Source: Pirellulales bacterium (GTDB lineage Bacteria > Planctomycetota > Planctomycetia > Pirellulales > PALSA-1355). Taken from it: a stretch of 64,000 bases of DNA. A program made the position numbers and the translations under genes. Positions 29,986 to 40,839 of the stretch are shown here, in pieces (positions within the stretch are counted from its first letter, which is position 1; each line of letters starts with the position of its first letter). The stretch spans positions 448,001-512,000 of the forward strand of contig CAVTBU010000005.1 of assembly GCA_963733035.1 (NCBI GenBank). Reading direction: 5' to 3'. The notes below the pieces were generated by a model, which saw only the letters and a list, made by a program, of their open reading frames with translations, was not told where the DNA came from and searched no databases.

Positions 29986-31623
29986 GCCGCAGCCACGTCG
30001 CCCGTATTGCGTTCGATAATTGCCGCGAGTTTCGCGCCGCTGGGCAACGTGCCAAAAGCACGTCCCCAATCGCCCCCCAACCGCGTCGCACAAAAGGCAT
30101 CGGCGACTTCCGCGGGAGAATGACGTACGACGAGCGAACCTTGCAGCACGAGCGCGATCCGTTCGACGAGCCTGCGCGCCTGGGTGGGGTCGGCGGCCAT
30201 CGCCTGCCAATTGTCTCGCAGTTGACCGGCCGCATGATCGAGCCGGCGGTCGACACCACGGCCACGATCGATTTCCTCCCACAGCGACTCCATCGAACCT
30301 GGCTCATTCCGAATCGCGCAACACATCGAGGCAGATCACGTTGCCAGACCCTTCCCAAATCGAGTTCAACGGGGACTCGCGGAACAACCGCGGCATCATC
30401 GAATCCTCGACGAAGCCGTTGCCACCCAGGCATTCCAGCGCCTCGCCGACATGCGCTGGTCCGCGCTTACAAAGCCAGTATTTGCCGACGGCCGTGGCGA
30501 TTCGACGAAAACGTGCTTCGGCTTCGTCCTGACTGTCATAGGCCCTGGCCAGCCGGAGGGCCAGAATCGTGGCGGCTTCCGACTCCAGGCACAAATCTGC
30601 CAGAACGTTTTGCATCAGCGGCTGGTCGACGAGCAGTTTGCCGAAGGCCGAGCGATGCCGGGCATGATGCACCGCCTGTACGACTGCCTGTCGCACAAGT
30701 CCTGCCGAGCCGAGCGTACAATCGAGCCGCGTGTGATTGACCATTTCGACGATCGTTCGCACGCCCCGACCTTCTTCGCCGATGAGCGTGGCCAAAGCGC
30801 CGTCGAATTCAATCTCACTGGAGGCATTCGATCGGTTGCCGAGCTTGTTCTTGAGCCGTTGCAAATAGAACCGATTGCGCTCACCATCAGGTGTCCATCG
30901 CGGTAGCAAGAAGCAAGACAATCCGCCCGGAGCCTGGGCCAGCACCAGAAACGCGTCGCACATCGGCGCGGAACAAAACCATTTGTGACCGGTCAGGCGG
31001 TACTCGCCGCCGGGTCCCCCCTGTCCAGCGGCGACGGCTCGGGAAGTGTTCGCCCGGACGTCAGAGCCACCTTGCTTTTCAGTCATTGCCATGCCGATCA
31101 GCACGCCTCGCTTCTGATCTGCCGGCAGAAATCGCATGTCGTATGCAGTGCTTGCGATTCTCGGCACCCAGACGTCCGCCAACTCCGTCTGCACGCGCAA
31201 GGAGGGAACGGCGGCATAAGTCATTGAGATCGGGCAACTGTGTCCAGCCTCATTCTGACCGACCAGGTACATGAGCGTCCCGCGAGCCACGTGCGCACCC
31301 GATCTCGGCTCGGCCCAAGGCAGGTTGTGTACTCCATTTTCCACCGAAAGGCGCATCAAATCGTGCCAAGCAGGATGAAAACGCACTTCGTCAATGCGCT
31401 GGCCCCGCGAATCATGAGTATGCAATACGGGTGGGTTGTTGTTGGCATCAAAGCCCCACCCGATTGCCTCCTCGCCGCCCAGCGAAGCGCCGAGCTTGAG
31501 TGCCCGCTCTTCGATCCACGCCCCGCCTTCCCGCACCACGGCCTCGCGAAGCACTCGGTCACCGCCAAACAGGTTGTAACCTACTAGCGGTGGAACTTGA
31601 TTTTGAACTTCGTGAGTGGGCAT
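29982..31623 (-). CDS. aidB: AidB-like acyl-CoA dehydrogenase; frameshift near 30310
   Basis: THEVQNQVPPL, CPISMTYA, MTEKQGGSDVRAN, SIWEGSGNVICLDVLR; C-terminal ARRLVERIALVLQGSL in ORF 29982..30326. Confidence 0.88.
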
Positions 31624-32156
31624 GGAGATTGGGTCCAGTACTTGCCTGGGCAATAGAAGTCACGGTCGAACTGCCGTCGTCGGCGCGAAGTGGGGCACCG
31701 CCACGGCGGCTTTTGTCTAGACAAACCATTAGAACAAGGTTTGCACGCCCCGCAATGTTCACCCGCACGACAACCCTGAGAACCCGTACAATCCAGGTGA
31801 ACGGGGCAAGAAAGCGCCCGCTCGGCCCCGATTTAAGGGGCCCAGCGGGCCGATGGAATCGGGATCACCCTGCACTCAGCAAAAGCGGAGAGCGGGGTGG
31901 CGCGCCGGACTCGTCCGCTTCGGCTGATATGCCTGCGTCCCTATTTCTTAGAGGCGCCAAAAAATGACGAACCGGACGCCCACCAGATGTAAACTTCTTT
32001 CAATCGCGAAATTCGTTCGCAAATAGCTGGTTAAAGTCTGACGCCGTTCGTAGTTAGGTGTGGTTGCCTGATTGTGCGACCTATAATTAAGGGGTCATTT
32101 GCGTGACCTTGAACCGTCATCCTCCCCTGAGTCGTCGATTAAGGAGATAGTTACTC

Positions 32157-32732
32157 ATGATGTTCACGAGCAAAATCCTGGTGTTCGCTCTGATGATGGC
32201 GGTCGGCCCGGCCGCACCGCAGGTTTTGGCGGATGACCCCTCTGCAACGAAACGGACGGAACTCTACTACGTAGCTGCTGGCAAGACGTACAACATGCAT
32301 GCGAACGACCATGCCCGCATGCTCGGCAAATACGCGGCAGCCACTGGCAAGCCCGTTCCCGCGGAAGTCGTACGCGAACACACCGCGGCGATTCGCGCAA
32401 ACGTCGCCAACGCTCAGAAGGCCTATGCGAAGCTGGCTGAGTTCGCCAAAACAAATCCCGGTGTGGCCAAGCAACTTGCTGAGATCAACAAGCAACTGGC
32501 CAGCGTCAGTCAGCAAGTGAAAGGCCTCGAATCGGATAATCAGGCCGACTCAAAACTCGTGCTGATGGCCACCAGCGCGATTTCGCAAGACCTGAAGACC
32601 ACGCACTTGGCAAGCAAGGAAATTGATCGGGCCCTGGCTGCGTCGCAAGCGCAGGCACAGCAAACGAGTCGGTTCGACAACCTAGATTCCCAATCGTATT
32701 ACTTCACGGGCGAGGGGCACTTCATCGATTAG
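32157..32732 (+). CDS. Secreted helical hypothetical protein
   Basis: AAGGAG RBS, signal peptide, amphipathic helices with spaced His; TATAAT at 32082-32087. Confidence 0.8.
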   Translation: MMFTSKILVFALMMAVGPAAPQVLADDPSATKRTELYYVAAGKTYNMHANDHARMLGKYAAATGKPVPAEVVREHTAAIRANVANAQKAYAKLAEFAKTNPGVAKQLAEINKQLASVSQQVKGLESDNQADSKLVLMATSAISQDLKTTHLASKEIDRALAASQAQAQQTSRFDNLDSQSYYFTGEGHFID

Positions 32733-32873
32733 TCGCTCGTTGCGATACGCGATTCCAACACCGCGCCGTCGCCGCACTCGCCGCGGCGGCGGCGGACTGG
32801 CCGACGACATCCGTGGGAATGGGATGCCAACTCGGAAAACTCGATCCGGTTGAGAGTGCCTGTTTCTCAAGTG

Positions 32874-34997
32874 CTACTCCGCTCCTTTCGGTTCGGACCG
32901 CGCAGCGCCGTTTGACTTTTCGTCCTTGTCGCTATCGGGCGGCTTCACCGAGCTATAGTCGATGTCCGCTGGTGGCGGGCTACCGCCCCGCCCCTGCAAA
33001 TAGTGCTTCATCCAGTTGAGCAACCGCAGTGCGTAATCCTGCCGCGCTGCGGCCTTTCGGTTGCCGTGGCCCTCGCCTGGGTAGAGCACTAGCCGCACGG
33101 GAACCTTGCCCAGGGTTTTCAAATAGCGATACAACTCCATCGATTGTGAAGGATGCACTCGCGGGTCGTCCTTGCCGTGCAAGATCAAGATAGGCGTCTT
33201 TGCCTCCGGCGTGAAGGTGATGGGACTGCGCTGGCGATAGAAATCCCAGCTTTCCCACGGCAATTTGCGGGAGTGCACCAGCAGCATCTCGTTTGGAATG
33301 TCGGTGGTACCGAACTTCGACACCAGATCACTGATGCCCACGAACATCACGCTGGCGGCAAAGTGATCGGTGAGTTTAGTGGCGCACCAGGCCGAGGCGA
33401 AGCCGCCATACGACCCACCGGTCACGCCAACTTTCGCTCTATCCACCAGGCCCGTCGATACGAGGTGATCGACGCCGTCGACCAGGTCGTCGAATTCCTG
33501 GCCGGCGTAGTCAGCCTGTCCCATCTTGGAAAACTCCACGCCGCGCCCCGTGCTGCCGCGATAATTGGGAAAGAATACAGCGAACCCTTCCGCCGCCAGC
33601 AATTGCCCGGGCTGCGAGTAGCGAGTCAGCCATTCGTGGCGGTTATGCGCTTCCGGGCCGCCGTGCACGACCATCACCAATGGATAACGATCGCCACTCT
33701 TTTCATTGAATGGCCGGATCAGCAGCCCCTGCAACTCAAGTCCGTCGCGCGCCTTGTATGTAACGATTTCCTGCGGCGCGAGGTTCACATCCGAAAGCCA
33801 AGGATTGTTGTCCGTCAGCCGTCTTGGGTCACCATCGCCCAGAGAGAGGGCAAATACCTCGATCGGATGCATTGGGCTGTCGCTTAGAATCGCGGCCTCC
33901 CGTCCGTCCTTCGACAGGCTCAGAGCGACGAACGCGTACTTGCCGTAGGGGATGAGGAGCTGTTGATCCTTGCCCTCGCGGCGCACGGTGGAGAGCGCCG
34001 ACGTGACGCCCTGGTCGGATAGAAATAGAATCGTATCGTTGTCTTGCCAGGCGAGATCGGTTACGTCGCCATCGGTAAGGCCGGGCAGCACGTCCACCGG
34101 TTCGCCTCCCGTAGCGGGTGCGATCATCAACCGCCCGGGATTCGGATCGTGAATGTCGGCACCAGCCAAGAGTGCGATCGACTTGCCGTTGGGACTCCAG
34201 CGGTACGGCCCCAGTTTGCCGGGATTCGCAACAATTCCGACGGCCGCGCCATCGCTTGCGCGGATCACGTGGATCTTCCGCTTCATGTAGTCGTCATCGA
34301 TCAAAGGCGTCGGCGCCACGCCCACGGCCAGATTCTCGCCGGCCGGGCTCCAAACCACTCCACTGGCATGTCCGGGTACTTCGAAACGAACCGGTTTGGA
34401 CGGTTCGCTATCGTCCCACGCATCGGCCATTCTCGGCTCGGCAATCCAGACGCGGTTGGGTTCCAGTTTTTCCTCATAGATCTGCTGATCGAATCCTTTC
34501 TCTTGCAATTCCTTCTTATCGGCCGGATCCTTGTCTTTAGCCGTGAACGCGACTTGCTTGCTATCCGGCGACCACGAGTAGTCGGCGATGTCGGTGTCGT
34601 GCTCGAGCACCTTCTGAGCTTCGCCGCCGCCGAGCGGTATCACATACAGCGAGCGTTGCTTATCACCATTGCGTTTCGTGAGAAATGAGACCCCGCTGCC
34701 ATCCGGTTTCCAATCGACGGCCGACACGTCGCTCGGCGCGGTGACGTACGCCCGGCTATTCCCCTGTTGGTCCACAAGATGCAATTCGGCGCGCGCCGGG
34801 CCGTTTTCGTCGACGAACGGCCGCCGGGGCACCGACAGCACATAGGCGATGTGTTTACCGTCGGGCGAGATCTTGGCCGCAATGACCGTCCTTAGGCGAG
34901 CCAAATGCTTCGCCGAAAAGTTCTCCTTTGCGGTCGCTGAGATGGCAGCGCTGAGTAACAACGCCAGAGACAGGCAGACGGCAGGGACCGTTCTCAT
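32874..34997 (-). CDS. S9 family peptidase (dipeptidyl/acylaminoacyl peptidase-like), secreted
   Basis: PD40-like WSPD repeats, VHGGP, NYRGSTGRG, GGSYGG, DPRV, GEGH. Confidence 0.95.
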   Translation of the reverse strand: MRTVPAVCLSLALLLSAAISATAKENFSAKHLARLRTVIAAKISPDGKHIAYVLSVPRRPFVDENGPARAELHLVDQQGNSRAYVTAPSDVSAVDWKPDGSGVSFLTKRNGDKQRSLYVIPLGGGEAQKVLEHDTDIADYSWSPDSKQVAFTAKDKDPADKKELQEKGFDQQIYEEKLEPNRVWIAEPRMADAWDDSEPSKPVRFEVPGHASGVVWSPAGENLAVGVAPTPLIDDDYMKRKIHVIRASDGAAVGIVANPGKLGPYRWSPNGKSIALLAGADIHDPNPGRLMIAPATGGEPVDVLPGLTDGDVTDLAWQDNDTILFLSDQGVTSALSTVRREGKDQQLLIPYGKYAFVALSLSKDGREAAILSDSPMHPIEVFALSLGDGDPRRLTDNNPWLSDVNLAPQEIVTYKARDGLELQGLLIRPFNEKSGDRYPLVMVVHGGPEAHNRHEWLTRYSQPGQLLAAEGFAVFFPNYRGSTGRGVEFSKMGQADYAGQEFDDLVDGVDHLVSTGLVDRAKVGVTGGSYGGFASAWCATKLTDHFAASVMFVGISDLVSKFGTTDIPNEMLLVHSRKLPWESWDFYRQRSPITFTPEAKTPILILHGKDDPRVHPSQSMELYRYLKTLGKVPVRLVLYPGEGHGNRKAAARQDYALRLLNWMKHYLQGRGGSPPPADIDYSSVKPPDSDKDEKSNGAARSEPKGAE

Positions 34998-35219
34998 GTT
35001 GGCTCCTTCAGTGTGGGCAAATCAGGGTGCATGGTCTGTTCGTGCCGACCGGTCGGCCATCGGCGTGCCTGAAAGTATAGCCCGCGAACCATCGGAACTG
35101 GACCCTGTCGCCGCGGCAACGCGGCGATTGATTGAGGCAAGTCCCTCGGCGTGGTATGTTCGCGGGGTGAACAGTTACCACGTCTGCTCTCCGCCGAAAA
35201 CAACCGAGGTATTGGCATC

Positions 35220-36473
35220 ATGACAAAGTTCTGTGCATGCGGCTTGATGTTGCTCGTGAACCTCGGGTCGAATTTGGCACGCGGTGAGGAGATCACCCCT
35301 GGTAATGACACGCGGCCTCCAATCGTCGTCTCGCCCGAAGCGCGCAAGATTCACGACGCTGCGATTCTAGTCGACGGGCACAACGATCTGCCGTGGGCCA
35401 TCCGAGAGAAAGGATCGTCGTCGTTCGAGAGTTTCGACATCTCGAAGAATAGACCAGAGTTGCACACCGACATTCCTCGGCTGCGCAAGGGTGGCGTCAA
35501 GGCGCAGTTTTGGTCTGTCTATGTGCCAGCCAGCACGCGCCTTGAGGGTACGGCGCTGCAAACCACGCTCGAACAAATAGCCATCGTGAAAGCGATGATC
35601 AAGCGATATCCAGACGTGTTCGAACTGGCGCGTACGTCCGCCGACATCAACCGAATCTGCAGCCAAGGTAAGATTGCCTCTCTGATCGGCGTCGAAGGGG
35701 GGCACTCCATCGAAAACTCGCTAGCCGTGCTGCGGCAACTCTATGCTCAGGGCGCGCGATACATGACGCTCACGCATTCCGATACGCTGGATTGGGCCGA
35801 CTCGGCCACCGACGAGGAGCGACACGGCGGGCTGACACCGTTCGGCGAAGAAGTCATCCGCGAAATGAATCGGCTCGGCATGCTAGTGGATTTGTCTCAC
35901 GTCTCGGTGGACACGATGAAGCAGTCGCTGCAAATTACTCAGGCTCCGGTGATCTTTTCGCACTCGTCGGCGCGGGCCATCGCCGACCATCCACGCAACG
36001 TGCCCGACGACGTGCTCAAGCTGACGGCCGAGAACGGTGGTGTGGTGATGGTCAACTTCTATCCTGGCTTCATCGTTCCTTCGGCGGCCAAACGAGGTAA
36101 AGAGGGGATTGGCGTGCTCCGCGAATTGCGAGCGAAGTACGGCAGCGATCGTGACCGCATTCGAGCCGAGTACAAAGCCTGGGCCTCCCGATACCCAGCC
36201 GAGCCGGGCACAATTCACCTGGTGCTCGATCATATTGACCACATTGCCAAAACGGCGGGCGTCGACCACGTGGGCATCGGCTCCGATTTCGACGGCATCG
36301 ACCGAGTCCCAATCGAACTGGAAGACGTCAGCACCTATCCGAAGATTACGCAAGGCCTGCTCGATCGCGGTTATGACGCCGTGGCGATCCAGAAGATTCT
36401 TGGCGGCAACCTGCTGCGTGTTTTGCACGACGCCGAACAGGTGGCCGAACGGCTCAAGTCAGAACAGCACTAG
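35220..36473 (+). CDS. Membrane dipeptidase (M19)
   Basis: DGHNDLPW, QFWSVYVP, EGGH, DLSH, SHS, GSDFDG. Confidence 0.95.
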   Translation: MTKFCACGLMLLVNLGSNLARGEEITPGNDTRPPIVVSPEARKIHDAAILVDGHNDLPWAIREKGSSSFESFDISKNRPELHTDIPRLRKGGVKAQFWSVYVPASTRLEGTALQTTLEQIAIVKAMIKRYPDVFELARTSADINRICSQGKIASLIGVEGGHSIENSLAVLRQLYAQGARYMTLTHSDTLDWADSATDEERHGGLTPFGEEVIREMNRLGMLVDLSHVSVDTMKQSLQITQAPVIFSHSSARAIADHPRNVPDDVLKLTAENGGVVMVNFYPGFIVPSAAKRGKEGIGVLRELRAKYGSDRDRIRAEYKAWASRYPAEPGTIHLVLDHIDHIAKTAGVDHVGIGSDFDGIDRVPIELEDVSTYPKITQGLLDRGYDAVAIQKILGGNLLRVLHDAEQVAERLKSEQH

Positions 36474-36661
36474 TCGGTGGCATGACGCCCGGAGCCCTGT
36501 GTCGCACGCACAAAGAGGCCGGTCACAGGCGTTCCCCAAAGTGTGGCGCCCCGCCAGATCAGCTTCGACACGGGCACGCGTGCTAGGTACGCTAGGAATC
36601 TGACGGGCACGGCCTGCGCCGCTTGGTGGCGAGAGGCGGACTCACCAGGGAGAACTGCGAA

Positions 36662-38389
36662 ATGCGACGACGATCACTGCAGGTTCTGAGAGATTTCATA
36701 CTGATCACGACGATCATATTCGCGATCAATTTCGTTTTCCGTCCGTCGTCCGCGCGGGCGATCGATGTGCCCGTAGAAACCAAATTTGTTGATCACTCGC
36801 TGATGGTCGCTCCCGAGTATCCGTGCACCTGGCCGACGTATCCGTTTCCTCGTTTTCAGATCACGCACCAGCGGACGATCGGCCCCACCTCGCTTTACAA
36901 TGTGGACGTGCTGCTGATCGACGGCAACACCGGCACGCAAATGGACGTGCCGCCCCACTCCGTCGCGCGGCCAGATCTGAAACGCGAGAAATCCGGACCC
37001 TATGGGCTGTCCTACACCGAAACAATCGAAGCCTGGCAATTCGGCGGCGAAGCTTGCGTCGTCGACGTGCGCGATCTTTTAGATCAAGCACCCAATGGCG
37101 TAAGTCCGCTCGTCAAACCCAAGCACGTCGAGCGATTTGAGCGACAACATCGTCGCCTGCAATTTGGTGACGTGGTGCTGTTTCGCAGCGGTTACACGGA
37201 CACATACTATCGTCCCTTTCCGGCCGGCAATCGGTTTGTTGCCGATGTCTTGGACCGCAAGGCGCCGGGCTATCCCGATCCGGACCCGGATTGCATGGAG
37301 TTTCTGGCTACTCGCGGCGTGATGACACTCGGCACCGACAGCGCTAGCATGGGGCCGCTGCCGGATCTGGCCGAACCGACACACTATGCCGGTTTGAAAC
37401 ATGGCATGATCTGGACGGAAAGTGCCACGAATCTGGGGGCGATTCCCTCGATGGGTGCCTTCTACTGCATGCTCGGCCCCAAGCATCAAGCCGGACCCTA
37501 CAGTGCCACGCGTGCCTTTTCGGTCGTGGGAGGTGAATTGCCGCGACGTCTCATCGAATCCGCGAAGAACAAGCGAGCAATCGACCTTTCGCCGACCCTC
37601 GCTCCAAACATGCCGCTTACCTCGCCTGGCGTCGGTACCGGACAGCACCGGCAGGTCTATCTGAAAATCGACTTCCTCTATTCCGAGTATCTCGACATGT
37701 GGCACCATGCCCACCTGATGGACTCCATGACCGGCACGCATCTGGTGCCGCCTTCATTCGCTCTACCACCACCCGGCGACAAGCCCGAGTACGCGCCCGA
37801 AGTACGCGGCTGGCTCGCGGAGTATGAACAACGATACGGCCAGCGTGGCGAGAGCGTACTCACGACTGAGAAGGTCCCACTCGAATGGACATGTGGGCCG
37901 GTGCGTGTGATCGATGTGCGCTCGCTCGTGGGCAGCACGACCATCGGCAGCTGGCCGACATCGCCGGAAATCACGCCCGCACACGTAAAAAACTACGAAA
38001 AAGTAAACGGCGAACTGAAGGCCGGCGACATCGTGCTGTTTCGCACCGGCCATCTCGACAAGTATCTCAAGCCCGCCCCAAATGACGCCGGCGTGTGGTC
38101 CGATCCCCTGCTTGGCAAGAGTGAGGGCTGGCCCGCCGCGGGCCCCGACACGATTATTTATTTGAAAGGTAGGGGTATTCGCTGCGTTGCCACCGACGCG
38201 CCCGACCTGGGAGGCGTCGATCCCAAGCGCGCGCTGTTTACGTACTGGGCACTCGGCAGCGGCGAGATGGTCGGCGTCGAGTTTTTGCATCACGTCGGTG
38301 AGATTCCCAGTGGCGGATTCTTTCTGTTCGCCCCGCTCAAAATCCGTGACTGTCATGGCGGACCCGGACGAGCAATTGTCCTATACTGA
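36662..38389 (+). CDS. Tandem cyclase-family (kynurenine formamidase-like) protein with signal peptide
   Basis: Two homologous halves: TGTQMDVPPH/GDVVLFRSG/GTDS and TGTHLVPP/GDIVLFRTG/ATDAP, ending in GGPGRA. Confidence 0.85.
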   Translation: MRRRSLQVLRDFILITTIIFAINFVFRPSSARAIDVPVETKFVDHSLMVAPEYPCTWPTYPFPRFQITHQRTIGPTSLYNVDVLLIDGNTGTQMDVPPHSVARPDLKREKSGPYGLSYTETIEAWQFGGEACVVDVRDLLDQAPNGVSPLVKPKHVERFERQHRRLQFGDVVLFRSGYTDTYYRPFPAGNRFVADVLDRKAPGYPDPDPDCMEFLATRGVMTLGTDSASMGPLPDLAEPTHYAGLKHGMIWTESATNLGAIPSMGAFYCMLGPKHQAGPYSATRAFSVVGGELPRRLIESAKNKRAIDLSPTLAPNMPLTSPGVGTGQHRQVYLKIDFLYSEYLDMWHHAHLMDSMTGTHLVPPSFALPPPGDKPEYAPEVRGWLAEYEQRYGQRGESVLTTEKVPLEWTCGPVRVIDVRSLVGSTTIGSWPTSPEITPAHVKNYEKVNGELKAGDIVLFRTGHLDKYLKPAPNDAGVWSDPLLGKSEGWPAAGPDTIIYLKGRGIRCVATDAPDLGGVDPKRALFTYWALGSGEMVGVEFLHHVGEIPSGGFFLFAPLKIRDCHGGPGRAIVLY

Positions 38390-38463
38390 TCGCTTGCGAT
38401 TCACCGACACGGTTGTGTGGCAAACATTCGCACACTCGATCTTACGACCAAGGCGGAATCTCA

Positions 38464-39759
38464 ATGGATCAGGAGTCCCTCGGGCGCACAACTTTGAAGA
38501 AAGTTGCCTGGAAGCTCGTACCGTTTCTCTGCGTGCTCTATATCGTCAATATCCTCGACCGTGCCAACGTCGGGTTTGCTCGCTTGAGCATGCAAGACGA
38601 TCTGGAGATGAGCCAGCAGATGTTCGATTTTGGCTACGGCCTGTTCTACGTCGGCTACTTGCTGTTCGAGGTACCCAGCAATCTGCTGCTGCGGCGCTTT
38701 GGCGCCCGCCGCTGGATCGCCCGGATCATGATCAGTTGGGGCGTGATTACGTGTGCCACGATGCTGGTCAACAGCGCGGGTACCTTCTACCTGGTGCGCA
38801 TTCTGCTGGGCGTGGCCGAAGCGGGATTCTTCCCCGGCATCATCCTCTATTTGAGCTATTGGTTTCCCGATCGTGAGCGAGCGAAGATGACCGCGTACTT
38901 CATGATGGCCATCGCCCTGGCCAGCATCCTCGGCAATCCCATATCGGGCTTCATCATGCAGTACCTCGACATGGCCGGGGGCCTGCGAGACTGGCAATGG
39001 CTGTTCCTTCTCGAGGGCATCCCATCGGTGGTTCTGGGGTTTCTCGTCTTCTTTTGGCTCACCGACCGCCCGGAGAATGCCGAATGGCTCGCGCCGGAGC
39101 AGCGCGATTGGCTCGTCAATCGTTTGCGACACGAAGAAAATGAACGCCAACAACGTCACGGCGCCGATCGGTTGAGCGCGATGTTGAATGGGCGTGTCTG
39201 GTTGTTGATCGCGGTCTACTTCACGGTGGCTGTCGGCGCCAATGCCAGTGGCGCCTACTTTCCGCAATTGATCCGGGAGCAATTCCAGCAGGCAAGCACG
39301 TTTCAGATCGGTTTACTAAGTGGCCTGCCCCACCTCTGCGCGGCCTTCGGCATGGTGCTATTCAGTATCAGTTCCGATCGCATGGGAGAACGTCGCGGCC
39401 ATGTCGCCGTCGCGGCGCTGCTGGCGGCGGCCGGCTGGGCGACCAGCGCCATGGCAACTTCGCCTGGCGTGGCACTCGGAGGATTTTGCCTCGCGCAACT
39501 GGGGATGATGAGCATGCTTCCAGTGTTTTGGACGCTGCCCACTGGCTTTCTAACCGGCGCCGCGGCGGCGGGTGGCATTGCCTTGATCAATTCGCTGGCC
39601 AACATCGGCGGGTTCCTCGGCCCGACCGTTCTCGGGCGATTTGGCCTGTGGGCGATGGTCGGAAACTTGTTGATGGGCGCGATACTGGTGTTGTTCGTCC
39701 GAGGCAACTACGGAAATACCTCGGCGGAGGAGGCACCCATCGGCGTCCCCGCCGATTGA
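38464..39759 (+). CDS. MFS transporter (ACS/tartrate-like)
   Basis: LDRANVGFA, FEVPSNL, GARRWIARIMISWG, AEAGFFPG, GIALINSLANIGGF. Confidence 0.95.
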   Translation: MDQESLGRTTLKKVAWKLVPFLCVLYIVNILDRANVGFARLSMQDDLEMSQQMFDFGYGLFYVGYLLFEVPSNLLLRRFGARRWIARIMISWGVITCATMLVNSAGTFYLVRILLGVAEAGFFPGIILYLSYWFPDRERAKMTAYFMMAIALASILGNPISGFIMQYLDMAGGLRDWQWLFLLEGIPSVVLGFLVFFWLTDRPENAEWLAPEQRDWLVNRLRHEENERQQRHGADRLSAMLNGRVWLLIAVYFTVAVGANASGAYFPQLIREQFQQASTFQIGLLSGLPHLCAAFGMVLFSISSDRMGERRGHVAVAALLAAAGWATSAMATSPGVALGGFCLAQLGMMSMLPVFWTLPTGFLTGAAAAGGIALINSLANIGGFLGPTVLGRFGLWAMVGNLLMGAILVLFVRGNYGNTSAEEAPIGVPAD

Positions 39760-39783
39760 CGAACTACCGCAGCCAGACGATGC

Positions 39784-40686
39784 CTAGGGCTTGAACGCGA
39801 AGTTGACGGCCTCGACGTCCCGGTCGGCAACAGTCACGTCCTGCTGTTGCTTGCCGAGCGACTCGTGCCAAATCGCCAACGAGTATTTTCCCGCTGGAAG
39901 TCCCGAGATGGTGTAGTCGCCATTTTGATCGGTGACCGCGAAGAAGGGATGATCCATCACGAATAGATAGGCATGCATCCAAGGATGAATGTCGCACTGG
40001 ATTTCAATTTCGCGCTCCGGCGATTCGAATGTGCGCTCGCGGGGTCCCGATCCGGCCGGCTGGCCGTAATTGAACGCCCGATTCCGGATCGGAAACGAAC
40101 GGACGTTGTGCGTCACGGGATCATCGTTCAATACTCGCAGCGTTTGGCCGACCAACATGCCCTGCACGCGCGGGCGGTACATGCAATCCTTCTGGTCGAG
40201 CACGACGACGTCGTCGGGAATGGGATAGTCCTTCTTCGGTGCGCCGCGGCGAATATAAACAAACACGTTCTGCACGCCACCGTCGTCGCCAACAAGAAGC
40301 TCCTCGGACAGCACCGGATCGTCGCCATGTAGTTTGACGCACGTAGCGTCTTTGGACATGTTGATTGGGCGAGGCTTGGGCTTTGGACCGTCGAACCGTA
40401 CCCGGCCGCGCAACGTTCCGCCGCTGGCCGCTTGTTGCTCACGCTTCGCGGATGTTTTGACGCTGTCGGCGTGCGCAGCGACGTCAGATTGCCGCGTTGG
40501 CTGTGATTGTTCAGTCGCCGCTGCCGGCGGGCTTTCGTCCGGGTTGGCTTTGGGAGTGGAAGAACGGGTAACCGTAGTTGTCACTCGCGTTCCGCAGCCA
40601 ACCGACAAGACCAAAACGACAATCGACGGAAGAGCGAGCGACACGCGCCGCGGGCACCGGGAATGGATCATGCTATTACTACTCAA
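39784..40686 (-). CDS. Lipoprotein with cupredoxin-like type-1 Cu site and carboxypeptidase-regulatory-like domain
   Basis: LSVG-C lipobox; DQKDCMYRP, THNV, CDIHPWM; TDQNGDYTISGLPAGKY. Confidence 0.8.
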   Translation of the reverse strand: MSSNSMIHSRCPRRVSLALPSIVVLVLSVGCGTRVTTTVTRSSTPKANPDESPPAAATEQSQPTRQSDVAAHADSVKTSAKREQQAASGGTLRGRVRFDGPKPKPRPINMSKDATCVKLHGDDPVLSEELLVGDDGGVQNVFVYIRRGAPKKDYPIPDDVVVLDQKDCMYRPRVQGMLVGQTLRVLNDDPVTHNVRSFPIRNRAFNYGQPAGSGPRERTFESPEREIEIQCDIHPWMHAYLFVMDHPFFAVTDQNGDYTISGLPAGKYSLAIWHESLGKQQQDVTVADRDVEAVNFAFKP

Positions 40687-40839
40687 AATGTCAGTGACAA
40701 CTAAGAAGAATGCTAACGTCGCTCACTCAGCCAGCCGAACGGTCGCCGGGCCGGATTGGTCGCCCGGTCTGCGCTCGGCCGCACGAACTTGATGCGGCCG
40801 GCGCAGCTCAGCAGGCATCTTGGAAAACGTTGCTGGCAA

